A stretch of DNA of 34,491 bases from Myxococcota bacterium (lineage in GTDB: Bacteria; Myxococcota_A; UBA796; CAJQPC01): positions 1 through 34,491 of the forward strand of contig JAZAMN010000051.1 of NCBI GenBank assembly GCA_036229005.1, in the 5' to 3' direction. The position numbers were made by a program, and so were the translations under genes. Shown here in pieces: positions 1 through 8,200 of this stretch. How positions within the stretch are numbered: the stretch's first letter is position 1; every line of letters starts with the position of its first letter. Below the pieces are notes generated by a model. It was given only the letters and a program-made list of their open reading frames with translations. It ran no database searches and was not told the DNA's origin.

Positions 1-1
1 A

Positions 2-10
2 TGTTAATCT
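2..10 (+). promoter_or_regulatory. Candidate extended -10 promoter (TG-n-TAATCT) for the four-helix-bundle gene
   Basis: TGTTAATCT at 2-10 matches TGnTANNNT and is AT-rich in a very GC-rich background. Any -35 region lies outside the window. Confidence 0.45.
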
Positions 11-28
11 GAATCGGCTGGGGGTGAC

Positions 29-98
29 GGCCGCCGGGACTCAGAAGAGTCGGCCCCGCTTCGCTTTGAGGGGCCGCCTCTTCTGAATCCCGGCGGCC
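29..98. repeat. 29-bp inverted repeat (hairpin) with 12-nt loop
   Basis: Arms 29-57 and 70-98 pair at 27 of 29 positions (mismatches 40/87 and 50/77). Loop 58-69 is GCTTCGCTTTGA. GGAGG follows at 100-104. Confidence 0.9.
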
Positions 99-112
99 TG
101 GAGGATCCCCAG

Positions 113-427
113 ATGCCGCTGACGATTGAGAATCTCGACGCCTACAAGCTCGCCATCCAACTGAACCGACTCATCGCCTCCCTCGACTTCCCAAAGCACC
201 GCACTCACCTCCGCGACCAAGGGCTCCGCGCCGCCGACTCCGTGGTCCTGAACATCGCCGAAGGCATGGGCAGGGGCATGAGAACCAACGCAGGCCGGAA
301 CCACTTTCGAATCGCCCGCGGCTCCCTGCTGGAGGTCTACGCAGTGCTCGACATGCTGGGCCACGCCGACACCCACCGGGAACGCATCCGGACGCTGGAC
401 AAGCTGCTCTACGGGCTCCAGCGCTGA
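113..427 (+). CDS. Four helix bundle protein (23S rRNA intervening-sequence protein / bAvd-like family)
   Basis: 104 aa with family motifs ENLDAYKLA, LRDQGLRAADSVVLNIAEGMGR and HFRIARGSLLEV. SD GGAGG upstream. Confidence 0.85.
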   Translation: MPLTIENLDAYKLAIQLNRLIASLDFPKHRTHLRDQGLRAADSVVLNIAEGMGRGMRTNAGRNHFRIARGSLLEVYAVLDMLGHADTHRERIRTLDKLLYGLQR

Positions 428-434
428 CGCCCGC

Positions 435-911
435 TCAGAGGCCCGCCAGGACGGCCTCCACCGCCCGGGCTCGCTCGATCCAGTAGCTGCGGGCCTCGCT
501 GGGAGAACGCCAGCGGTGCTTGCGCCTGCCGCTGTCCTGTTCCTCCCAGATGCCAGGGGTGTGGGTATCCAGCGGGCGCTCGGCGTTGCGGGTGTACTCC
601 TGCAATCGCAGCTCCAGGAAGCTCCGCAGCGCTCGCGGATCCCGGGGCCGATACCCGGGCCCCGAGCAGCCGCAGGAGTGGAAGGTCTGCCCGGCCTCGT
701 AGAGCGACTCCAGGGTGCGCCAGGCCTTGACGGCGCGCATCTTGGGCGGCGCGAAGTCCTGGCCCATGTCGGCCATGGGGCCTTGGCATTGGGGGCAGCG
801 GAAGGGTTTGTCCTCCTGAGGCGGCAGATCGCCCAGCAGCCGCCGCTTGTAGGCCTTGCGGCACAGAAAGCAGGCGTAGTGGGGCATGTAGGGGAGCGCG
901 TATCGACACAT
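435..911 (-). CDS. Conserved hypothetical Cys-rich (zinc-ribbon-like) protein
   Basis: 158 aa with CFLC...CPQC pairs, MGQDFAPPK and FHSCGCSGPG. Lies in tandem with the upstream minus-strand genes. Confidence 0.75.
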   Translation of the reverse strand: MCRYALPYMPHYACFLCRKAYKRRLLGDLPPQEDKPFRCPQCQGPMADMGQDFAPPKMRAVKAWRTLESLYEAGQTFHSCGCSGPGYRPRDPRALRSFLELRLQEYTRNAERPLDTHTPGIWEEQDSGRRKHRWRSPSEARSYWIERARAVEAVLAGL

Positions 912-922
912 GGGGAGGGCCT

Positions 923-1240
923 TCAGGGCAAAAGCGCGACCAGCTTCTCGGGATCCGCGGCGAGCTGCTCGAAGCGCTCGGGGGAGACCTGCAGGGGCTC
1001 CGCGTCACCGTCCTTGATGCAGGCGGCGCTGTCGTCCTGCTGAACGTAGACACAGCCGCGCCAGGTGTCTCCCTCAACTGTCGAAAACCAAGGGTCCCCC
1101 AGGTCAGCGGGGAGCGCGCACGCCTCCAGCGCACAGCCGCGCAGGGGCTGCTGCGCGAGTTCCTGGACCCTCACGCTCCGGACGGTGGACGAAGCCGCGC
1201 TTGGAGGCGGGGTCAGACACGCGAGAAGAAGCCAGATCAT
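923..1240 (-). CDS. Small hypothetical lipoprotein
   Basis: MIWLLLAC lipobox-like N-terminus and GGAGG SD. Alternative GTG start at 1243. Confidence 0.6.
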   Translation of the reverse strand: MIWLLLACLTPPPSAASSTVRSVRVQELAQQPLRGCALEACALPADLGDPWFSTVEGDTWRGCVYVQQDDSAACIKDGDAEPLQVSPERFEQLAADPEKLVALLP

Positions 1241-1258
1241 CACACCTCCACCACCGAC

Positions 1259-2110
1259 CTACTGCCACGCGCCCAACCCCGGATCCACTGTCCCACCCGA
1301 GAGCGCCATCCACTCCGCCGCGACGTCGGCCCAGAGCTGCTCCGCTTCTCCGGGCAACGCGGCACCGCCGGGCTCCACCCGGAGCTCGATCACGGCGGCC
1401 GGCTGCTCCTCGCAGAAGAGAAACTCAAGGTTGGTCAGCACTGTGGCACGGTCCTGGTCGGTGCACTCCAAGAGCGCCGCCAACCCCATCGCCGAAGGTG
1501 AAGGCACGGGCACTCCGCTGGCCTGCGCTCCGTCGATCACCGAGCGAAGGTCGGCGGCCAGTGGGCACTGGACTGGCCACTTCATGGCCTCCCCCTCCGA
1601 GAGGCCCTGGCCATAGGCGCGGTCGGTCCAGTCGGGCGGCCCCCCCTCTGAGCTACGGACGACAAGTTGCACCGTCGGAAAGGACTGCGCAGCCAGCACC
1701 CGCATGGCTTCGTGGACCCGCTGCACAGGCACATCCGACTCCACCACCAGGTTGACCTTGAGGCGCGCAGGCATGTCTCCGCTCTGGCGCTTTCGCTCCG
1801 CGGAGAGGGTCTCGACCAGCGACTCCCACAGGGTGGGGATCTGCAGCTCTGGAGGCGGAGCTGCCTTGCTCCCCAGCATGAAGGACACCGAGCGCCCCTC
1901 AAGACCCGGATCCGAGCTCTCCGCGCTCCAGCCCTGAGCGCTCAGGCGCAGGGTGAAGGCGACCGGAACGGCAGCGGCGGGGTGCTCCAGGGCGGGAGCA
2001 GCAGCGAGGTCCAACACATGGGTGCGGGGCGCCGGGCAGCGCACAGTGGGGGTCACCGGCTCAGGCGCGGAGCGGAGGAAGCAGGAAAGGAGCAGGACAA
2101 GGCCAGGCAC
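1259..2110 (-). CDS. Hypothetical lipoprotein with possible ExbD/TolR-like domain
   Basis: 3' part of ORF 1259..2725; its 5' part is the antisense shadow of tetR. GTG start gives MPGLVLLLSC. The segment VNLVVESDVPVQRVHEAMRVLAAQSFPTVQLVV resembles the ExbD C-terminal motif. Confidence 0.55.
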   Translation of the reverse strand: MPGLVLLLSCFLRSAPEPVTPTVRCPAPRTHVLDLAAAPALEHPAAAVPVAFTLRLSAQGWSAESSDPGLEGRSVSFMLGSKAAPPPELQIPTLWESLVETLSAERKRQSGDMPARLKVNLVVESDVPVQRVHEAMRVLAAQSFPTVQLVVRSSEGGPPDWTDRAYGQGLSEGEAMKWPVQCPLAADLRSVIDGAQASGVPVPSPSAMGLAALLECTDQDRATVLTNLEFLFCEEQPAAVIELRVEPGGAALPGEAEQLWADVAAEWMALSGGTVDPGLGAWQ

Positions 2111-2156
2111 ATCACCCCCGATTTGTCGGCCGCCGCAGTGTACTTCACCAAAATCA

Positions 2157-2188
2157 TGGCACTCAATGCCAATTGGCACTAAGTGCCA
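2157..2188. promoter_or_regulatory. Tandem palindromic operators, probably for the adjacent TetR
   Basis: TGGCACT-C-AATGCCA (2157-2171, one mismatch) and perfect TGGCACT-A-AGTGCCA (2174-2188) lie directly before the tetR ATG in a divergent intergenic region. Confidence 0.75.
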
Positions 2189-2191
2189 GCC

Positions 2192-2755
2192 ATGACCCGC
2201 GTCACCAAACGCCAAGCCACCCGAGAGCGCATCGCGCAGGCCGCCTTCACGCTCTTCCTGAAGCGCGGCTTCGACGCCGTGACAATGGACGAGATCGCGG
2301 AGCTGGCGGGGGTCTCCCGGCGAACGCTGTTTCGCTACTTCCCCACCAAGGTCGAGCTCGTGTTCCCCGAGCACGAGCGGCGGCTGGGTCTGTTCCAGTC
2401 TGTCCTCGCCGATGCCCAGGAGCTGCCTGCGCGGTTGCGGGTGCAGCGGGCGCTCTTGGGGTTGGTCCAAGACTGTCAGGACAGCAGCGAGCACCTCCTC
2501 TCCCAGGCACAGATCATCGGCGAGCACCCCGTCCTGGTGGCGGCCGAGCTGTCCCGAGATGCCCAGTGGGAAGCCGCGATGGCCCAGACCCTGGCCGCCG
2601 AGATGCCGACGCTGCGCGCGCAGATGCTGGCGGGCGCCCTGGGAGGCCTGATGCGGGCGGTGATCCGCGCGTGGGTGGCCTCCGACTGCAGCCTTCCCCT
2701 CTCTGAGTTGGCCGAACAGGCCCAAGCCCTCATCGACCTGGAGTCCCAGCCATGA
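2192..2755 (+). CDS. TetR/AcrR family transcriptional regulator
   Basis: HTH motif AAFTLFLKRGFDAVTMDEIAELAGVSRRTLFRYFPTK. ATG 2192 preferred over GTG 2183. ATGA overlap with the next gene. Confidence 0.92.
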   Translation: MTRVTKRQATRERIAQAAFTLFLKRGFDAVTMDEIAELAGVSRRTLFRYFPTKVELVFPEHERRLGLFQSVLADAQELPARLRVQRALLGLVQDCQDSSEHLLSQAQIIGEHPVLVAAELSRDAQWEAAMAQTLAAEMPTLRAQMLAGALGGLMRAVIRAWVASDCSLPLSELAEQAQALIDLESQP

Positions 2756-4206
2756 AGACCCTCCCCGCCCAAGGCCAGAAGGCCGCCGACATCCTGCAGC
2801 AGCTCCAAGACGCCAAGGCCCAGGACCTGGACTGGCAGTCCGGCCGGGCCATGGGCTTTGTGTACGTGCCCGACCCCGAGACCCAGCGGGTGGCCAAGGA
2901 GGCCTTCATGGCCTTCCTGACCGAGAACGGCCTGGACCCCACCAGCTTCCAGTCGCTGCTCCGCCTGGAGAACGACCTGGTCGCCATGGGCGCAGCACAC
3001 CTGCGCGGGGACGAGCACACGGTCGGGAACTTCACCAGCGGGGGCACGGAGTCCTGCATGCTGGCGGTCAAGTCGGCCCGGGACTACGCCGCCGACCGCA
3101 AGGGCATCACGGCCCCCGAGATGGTGCTGCCGGTGACCGCGCACGCCGCCTTCCACAAGGCCGCCCACTACTTCGGCATCAAGAAGGTGCTGGTGCCGGT
3201 GGACCCGGAGACCTTCAAGGCTGACCTGGACGCCGTCCGCGCGGCCATCAACGAGAACACCGTCCTGATCGTCGGCTCCGCGCCCGCCTACGCCCACGGG
3301 GTGGCCGATCCCATCCGCGAGATGGGCCGGATCGCCCTTGAGCGCGACGTGCTCTTCCACGTGGACGGCTGCATCGGCGGCTGGCTGCTGCCGTACATGC
3401 GGCGGCTGGGCGTGGACACCCCGGACTTCGACTTCTCGGTGCCGGGCGTGACCTCCATCTCCATGGACCTGCACAAGTACGCCTACACCCCCAAGGGCGC
3501 GTCGCTGGTTCTCTACAAGTCCAAGGAGATCCGGCGCTATCAGATCTTCACCTGCCCCGACTGGACCGGGTACACCATCATCAACCCGACCATCCAGAGC
3601 TCCAAGTCCGGGGGCCCCCTCGCCGCCGCCTGGGCCGTGCTCCACCACATCGGCGACGAGGGCTACCTGCGCATGGCCAAGGGTGTGCACGAGGCCACCC
3701 AGCGCTTCGTCCAGGGCGTCCGCGCGATCCCCGGCCTGCGCGTGATGGGCGAGCCCGAGATGTGCCTGGTCGCGGTGACCAGCGACGAGCTCGACATCTT
3801 CCACGTCATCGACGAGATGAAGGTGCGCGGCTGGTACATCCAGCCCCAGCTGGCCTTTGGCGAGTACAAGGAGAACTTCCACGTCTCCATGCAGCACTCC
3901 AGCGTCGGTCTGGTCGACGACATGCTCGCCGCCCTGCGCGAGTCGGTCGAGGCCGCCCGCAAGATCCCCGCCACCGGCGTGGGCAAGAACATCGCCCAGA
4001 TGGCCCAGGGCATCGACCCCAGCACTCTGACCGACGAGATGCTGGAGAACCTGCTCAAGCTGGCCGGCATCGGAGGGAGCGCCCAGCAGGGACTGCCCGA
4101 CCGCCTGCAGCAGGTCAACGAGATCCTGAACAACCTGCCGGTGGAGCTCAACGGCGCGCTGCTGACCGCGTACTTCAACCAGATGTTCACCCCCACCCAG
4201 GACTGA
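2752..4206 (+). CDS. PLP-dependent decarboxylase/lyase, sphingosine-1-phosphate lyase-like
   Basis: 484 aa with FTSGGTES, TAHAAFHKAAHYFG, HVDGCIGG and the PLP-lysine motif SISMDLHKYAYTPKGAS. Confidence 0.85.
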   Translation: MKTLPAQGQKAADILQQLQDAKAQDLDWQSGRAMGFVYVPDPETQRVAKEAFMAFLTENGLDPTSFQSLLRLENDLVAMGAAHLRGDEHTVGNFTSGGTESCMLAVKSARDYAADRKGITAPEMVLPVTAHAAFHKAAHYFGIKKVLVPVDPETFKADLDAVRAAINENTVLIVGSAPAYAHGVADPIREMGRIALERDVLFHVDGCIGGWLLPYMRRLGVDTPDFDFSVPGVTSISMDLHKYAYTPKGASLVLYKSKEIRRYQIFTCPDWTGYTIINPTIQSSKSGGPLAAAWAVLHHIGDEGYLRMAKGVHEATQRFVQGVRAIPGLRVMGEPEMCLVAVTSDELDIFHVIDEMKVRGWYIQPQLAFGEYKENFHVSMQHSSVGLVDDMLAALRESVEAARKIPATGVGKNIAQMAQGIDPSTLTDEMLENLLKLAGIGGSAQQGLPDRLQQVNEILNNLPVELNGALLTAYFNQMFTPTQD

Positions 4207-4245
4207 GCGCACAGGGGTTAGGCTCCCCGTCAAAGGAGCCCCCCA

Positions 4246-4962
4246 ATGCAGCCTCTGGGCACCCCCTGCTGGCTCGACATGCAGACCGATCTGGACCGCG
4301 CCGTCCCCTTCTACGCCGCGGTCCTGGGCTGGGAGCTGGTCCCCGTCGGCGAGCACCGCATGGCCTTCGCCGGCGGCGCCCCGGTCGCACTGCTCAGCCC
4401 CTCGGACAGCCCGGGCCCCTGGCGGGTCTACCTGGCCTGCCAGGACATCGACCTGATCTGCGGAAGGGCCCAGGACCTGGGCGCGCGGGTGGTGCTCGCC
4501 GGCGGCCGCCTCGGTGACCTCGGGCGCATGGCCAGCTTCCAGGATCCCGGGGGGACCCTGACCATGCTGTGGCAGGCCGACAAGCACCAGGGCTTCCAGA
4601 TCCGCGCCTCCCCCGGCTTCCCCGTCTGGTTCGAGAACTGGAGCGCCGACCGCGCCCGCACCCGCGACTTCTACGCGCAGCTCTTTGGCCTGCAGGCCCA
4701 GCCCATGCCCGGGATGGACTACGGCACGCTGCACAGCCCCGATGGCGCCCCCAGGTTCGGGGTCGGGCAGAGGGAGGAGGACGGTGGCCCCCCCGCTTGG
4801 ATGGTCTACCTCCACACCCCCGACTGCGACGCCGCCTCTGCGCAGGTCTCCGCCAGCGAGGGCACCGTCAGCCAGCCCCCAACCGACACGCCCTTCGGCC
4901 GCATCGCGGTGTGCGCGGACCCGCTGGGGGCGCGGTTCACGCTGATCACCCCCGCGGGCTGA
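4246..4962 (+). CDS. VOC/glyoxalase family protein, two-domain
   Basis: Duplicated VOC motifs (GTPCWLDM...FYAAVLGW; GFPVWFE...FYAQLFG; PPTDTPFGRIAVCADPLGARF). AAGGAG SD. Confidence 0.9.
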   Translation: MQPLGTPCWLDMQTDLDRAVPFYAAVLGWELVPVGEHRMAFAGGAPVALLSPSDSPGPWRVYLACQDIDLICGRAQDLGARVVLAGGRLGDLGRMASFQDPGGTLTMLWQADKHQGFQIRASPGFPVWFENWSADRARTRDFYAQLFGLQAQPMPGMDYGTLHSPDGAPRFGVGQREEDGGPPAWMVYLHTPDCDAASAQVSASEGTVSQPPTDTPFGRIAVCADPLGARFTLITPAG

Positions 4963-5232
4963 GCGCAACGGGGGGCGAACGCAACACGGGCCCGCGCAAG
5001 TCGGGTCGAACGCAACAAGGCCCAGCGCAACCCTGCCCGAACGCAACAATGCGGCGGGCCGACGCGCCGTTCCGACCGGGCCCCTACGCGATTTCAATAC
5101 CTTGCGCAACCGCCCTGGCCGCGCTGCCCTCGCAGCAGCCCGGATTTGTCGCACTCAGGCCCACTTGCGCAGCCCGCTGTTGCGTTCAGGCCCACTTGCG
5201 CAGCCCGCCGTTGCGTTCAGGCCCACTTGCGC
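4963..5232. repeat. Symmetric repeat element copy 1: 3x31 bp, spacer with IHF-like site, inverted 3x31 bp
   Basis: Units GCGCAA-N8-GAACGCAACA start at 4963, 4994 and 5025. Reverse-complement units start at 5147, 5178 and 5209. Central ATTTCAATACCTTG at 5091-5104. Confidence 0.9.
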
Positions 5233-5235
5233 AGC

Positions 5236-8200
5236 CTATTTGGAGCGGTTCTGCATGAACTGCTCCACCGCCGCGTTGTTCTCGGCGCGGTAGACGTGGT
5301 ACGGCCCGCTGCGGATGGGGTTCCCGTCGGTCTTGCCCTCGGCGTCGCTGTGTCGGAAGGTCTTTCCGTCCCAGATGTACCAGCGTCGGGCGACCCCGCT
5401 GTTGCCTGAGCTCTCCATGCAGTCCATCAGCGGGCGGTTGCCCTTGTCGGTGTCCACGAACTGCACGTCGTAGATCACGATGATGTGCCCGTCGGACACG
5501 ATGCAGTCCATGGTCCGCCAGTCCTTGGGGTCGTCCAGCCGCAGCGCCGACTTGTTGAAGCCCGCGCAGGCAAAGGTCATCATTCGGCTGTTGCGCCCAG
5601 TCTTGGGGGTCGCCTCGGACGTGCCCAGCTTGTAGACCGGCGTGAAGTCGTCGTACATGCCGGAGCCGTTGATCACGTTCCAGGCAAAGCCGATGCAGTC
5701 CAACCCCAGCTTGAGGTGCAGCCACTGCTGCAGGTGCGCCTGGGCCTTGTCGGGGTCGTCAAAGGCAGCCAGCTCGTCGCCCAGGCTGGGGTCGGTGGCG
5801 ATGGCCTCCTGGATGGCTGCCTGCAGCTCTTCGGGGGTCCCCTTGCCCTGCCAGGCCTTGAGGAAGGACGCGCTGTGGGCCACCCCGTCGTCCGTGTCCC
5901 CGTTCAGGATGGCCGCCGAGTAGGTGCTCACCTTGTAGCCGGCCGTGGTGCCCTCCAACTGGTCGATGAGCCCCAGGTAGTCGTTGTTGTGCTTCTTGTT
6001 GTGCTCGGCGCCGAAGTTCCTGTATTCGCAGGAGATCTGCACCTTGGCCTGCACGCCCCCTGCCAGCGTCAGGGTGACGGGCACCTGCGTGTACGCCTCA
6101 AAGAGCTCCTCCATCCACTGCTTGGCCAGGGCCTCGTCGTACTCGCGCGTGCCGTAGGCGCTGGCCGGGCCGTCCACCTTGGCGCGCTCATGCCCTGCCT
6201 GCTTCTCCAGGTCGATGAGGTAGCGGTCCACCTCGTCGGCGACCCGCCCCAGGCCGACCAGGTCCAGCAGCCGCTTGCGCTCCCAGAGGCCCGCCAGCCC
6301 CTCGGAGAGATCGGGCAGCAGCGGGAGCAGGTCGGGGGCCTGCTCGAGCCCCTTGAGGATGGCCATGTGGATCCCCGCCTCCCGGCCAAGGTCCCGGCTC
6401 TGGGCCATGCGCTGGCGGAGCTCCGGCCCGTAGACCGCCCCAATGGGCACCCCCCTGGCTTCCGCCAGCACCCCCCGGGGATCGGCCACACAGATGCTCT
6501 GCTCAGGCTCCGCCTTGGCCAGGCCAGTCTCCCGGCTGTCCCGCCCGGTCCCCAGATCCGGCACACCGCGCAGCATCAGCGGCCTGAGATCCTGGCCCAG
6601 CTCCGGCAGCCCCAGGCTGAAGCCGCCCCACCCGGCTCCCGCGCCCACGTCCTTGTCGTTGGCCGGCACCGGCTGCCCGACCGCCTGGGCCAGGTGGGTC
6701 CCGCCCTGCACGTTCCCAGCGATGTCGGACAGCCGCGTCCCGGACTGCCCCTGGAAGGTCGTCCCAAAGACCACGCCCTTCTCCTCCAGCTCGTCCGCCG
6801 CGTCGAGCCAGTCCTGCGCGCGGTGCAGCTCCACGCTCTTGTCCTTCTCCACTCTATAGGCGGCCTCGGCGACCACGATGGCGTCCTCCAGCGCGCTGTT
6901 GTAGGTCGCCGCCTGGTTCCCCCAGCTCGTCTCCTTGGCGTCGGGGTGTGCAGCCACAAGCTGCGCGAACGCCCGCCGCGCGATGTCCTTCCCGCCCTTG
7001 CTCCCCAGCGAGTTGCTCAGCTTGCCGATCACCCCCGCGACTCGCTCCGAGATCGGGTAGTCCGTCAGCGCGCGTCCCTGGACCTTCACGCCCTTCACGT
7101 CGCCCAGCTTGGACCTGGCCCAGCTCACCGCGCAGGCCGCCTGGATCCGCGGGTCCGCATAGATCGCCGAGAGCACCCCCAGGCGCTCCGGGCTGGTCCG
7201 CACCGCGAAGGCCGCCAGGTTCTGCTTGTCGTGGCTGAGCCCCGCCACCACCTGCTCAAAGGCCGCCTGTCCCGGCTCCGCGCTGCGGGAGAGCATCACG
7301 CGGTCCGCCTCGTACAGATCCCGCACGTGGGTCCACTTGATCGGCTCCTGGATGCCCACGGGACCCAGGACCTCGTCGGCGGTCACCACCAGCCCGTAGT
7401 GCTTTGTGCCAATGGGCTCCAGGGCCAGGCCCACCATGCTGAGCGCAGCCTCGATGTCCTCCATCCCCTCGCGGAGCTTGCCGTCCTCCCCGTACATCAC
7501 GCCGCCCAGCATCTCGGACACGTTGGAGTAGCCCTCCCCAGACTCGTCCACGAGCGTGTTCTGGTTCAGCCCAAAGGAGGCATAGACCGCGTCGTACCCG
7601 TTGACGTCCGACCCGATCCCGTCCTCCATCTGCGCCCGCACCCGCACCAGCCGGATCTCCGTCTCGTTGAGCCCGACCGCCGCCAGCGCCTCGTCCGAGG
7701 GCAGGTTCGCGAAGGTCTCCCCGTTGATCGTCGCGGCCTCTCCCCCCGCGTGCCAGCCGTAGTTCTCCTTGAACATGTCCCCGTCGAACTGCACGGAGAA
7801 CCCACCCACCGACACCCGGAGCAAGTCCCCGTAGAGCGGCTTGTCCCCGTCGCTCGACTTCCCCCGATCCGCCTTGCCGTGCTGCAGCTCCCCGACCTGG
7901 ACGCCGGGCCCCGAGGCCTGGAGAGGAGCGGACTTCTGGGTGGCCTTGGAGTTGCCGCCCCCATCCTTGGGCTCCTGGGTCTTTGCAGACTTCTGCGACA
8001 CCTTCTGCGCAGGCGAGGCCACCACGAGTTGGGCCTTGAGCACGTCCCGCAGGTACTCGCCGCCCAGCGGCTCCCCCATCACCGTCAGCCCCTCGGCCTG
8101 GTCGATGAACGCCACCGCGGCCCCCAGGTCTCCCCGCGCCAGGGCGGCCATTCGCCGGCCCAGCGCCCCCTTGAGCTCGGCGATCAACGCCTGCACCAGC

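Noticed and set aside
29..98. Hairpin as an intrinsic terminator
   Set aside because: No U-tract follows on either strand, and the stem is much longer than typical terminators.
1..427. rRNA intervening sequence, DGR or integron cassette around the four-helix-bundle gene
   Set aside because: No rRNA sequence, reverse transcriptase, TR/VR pair or attC core sites (RYYYAAC/GTTRRRY) are visible. Sequence upstream of the window is unknown.
2476..5154. 892-aa minus-strand ORF, and similar long ORFs at 15888-17837, 18120-19814, 22153-23589, 27333-28775, 30101-31732, 31636-33564 and 32979-34397
   Set aside because: They overlap well-supported genes on the opposite strand or frame and show no recognisable motifs.
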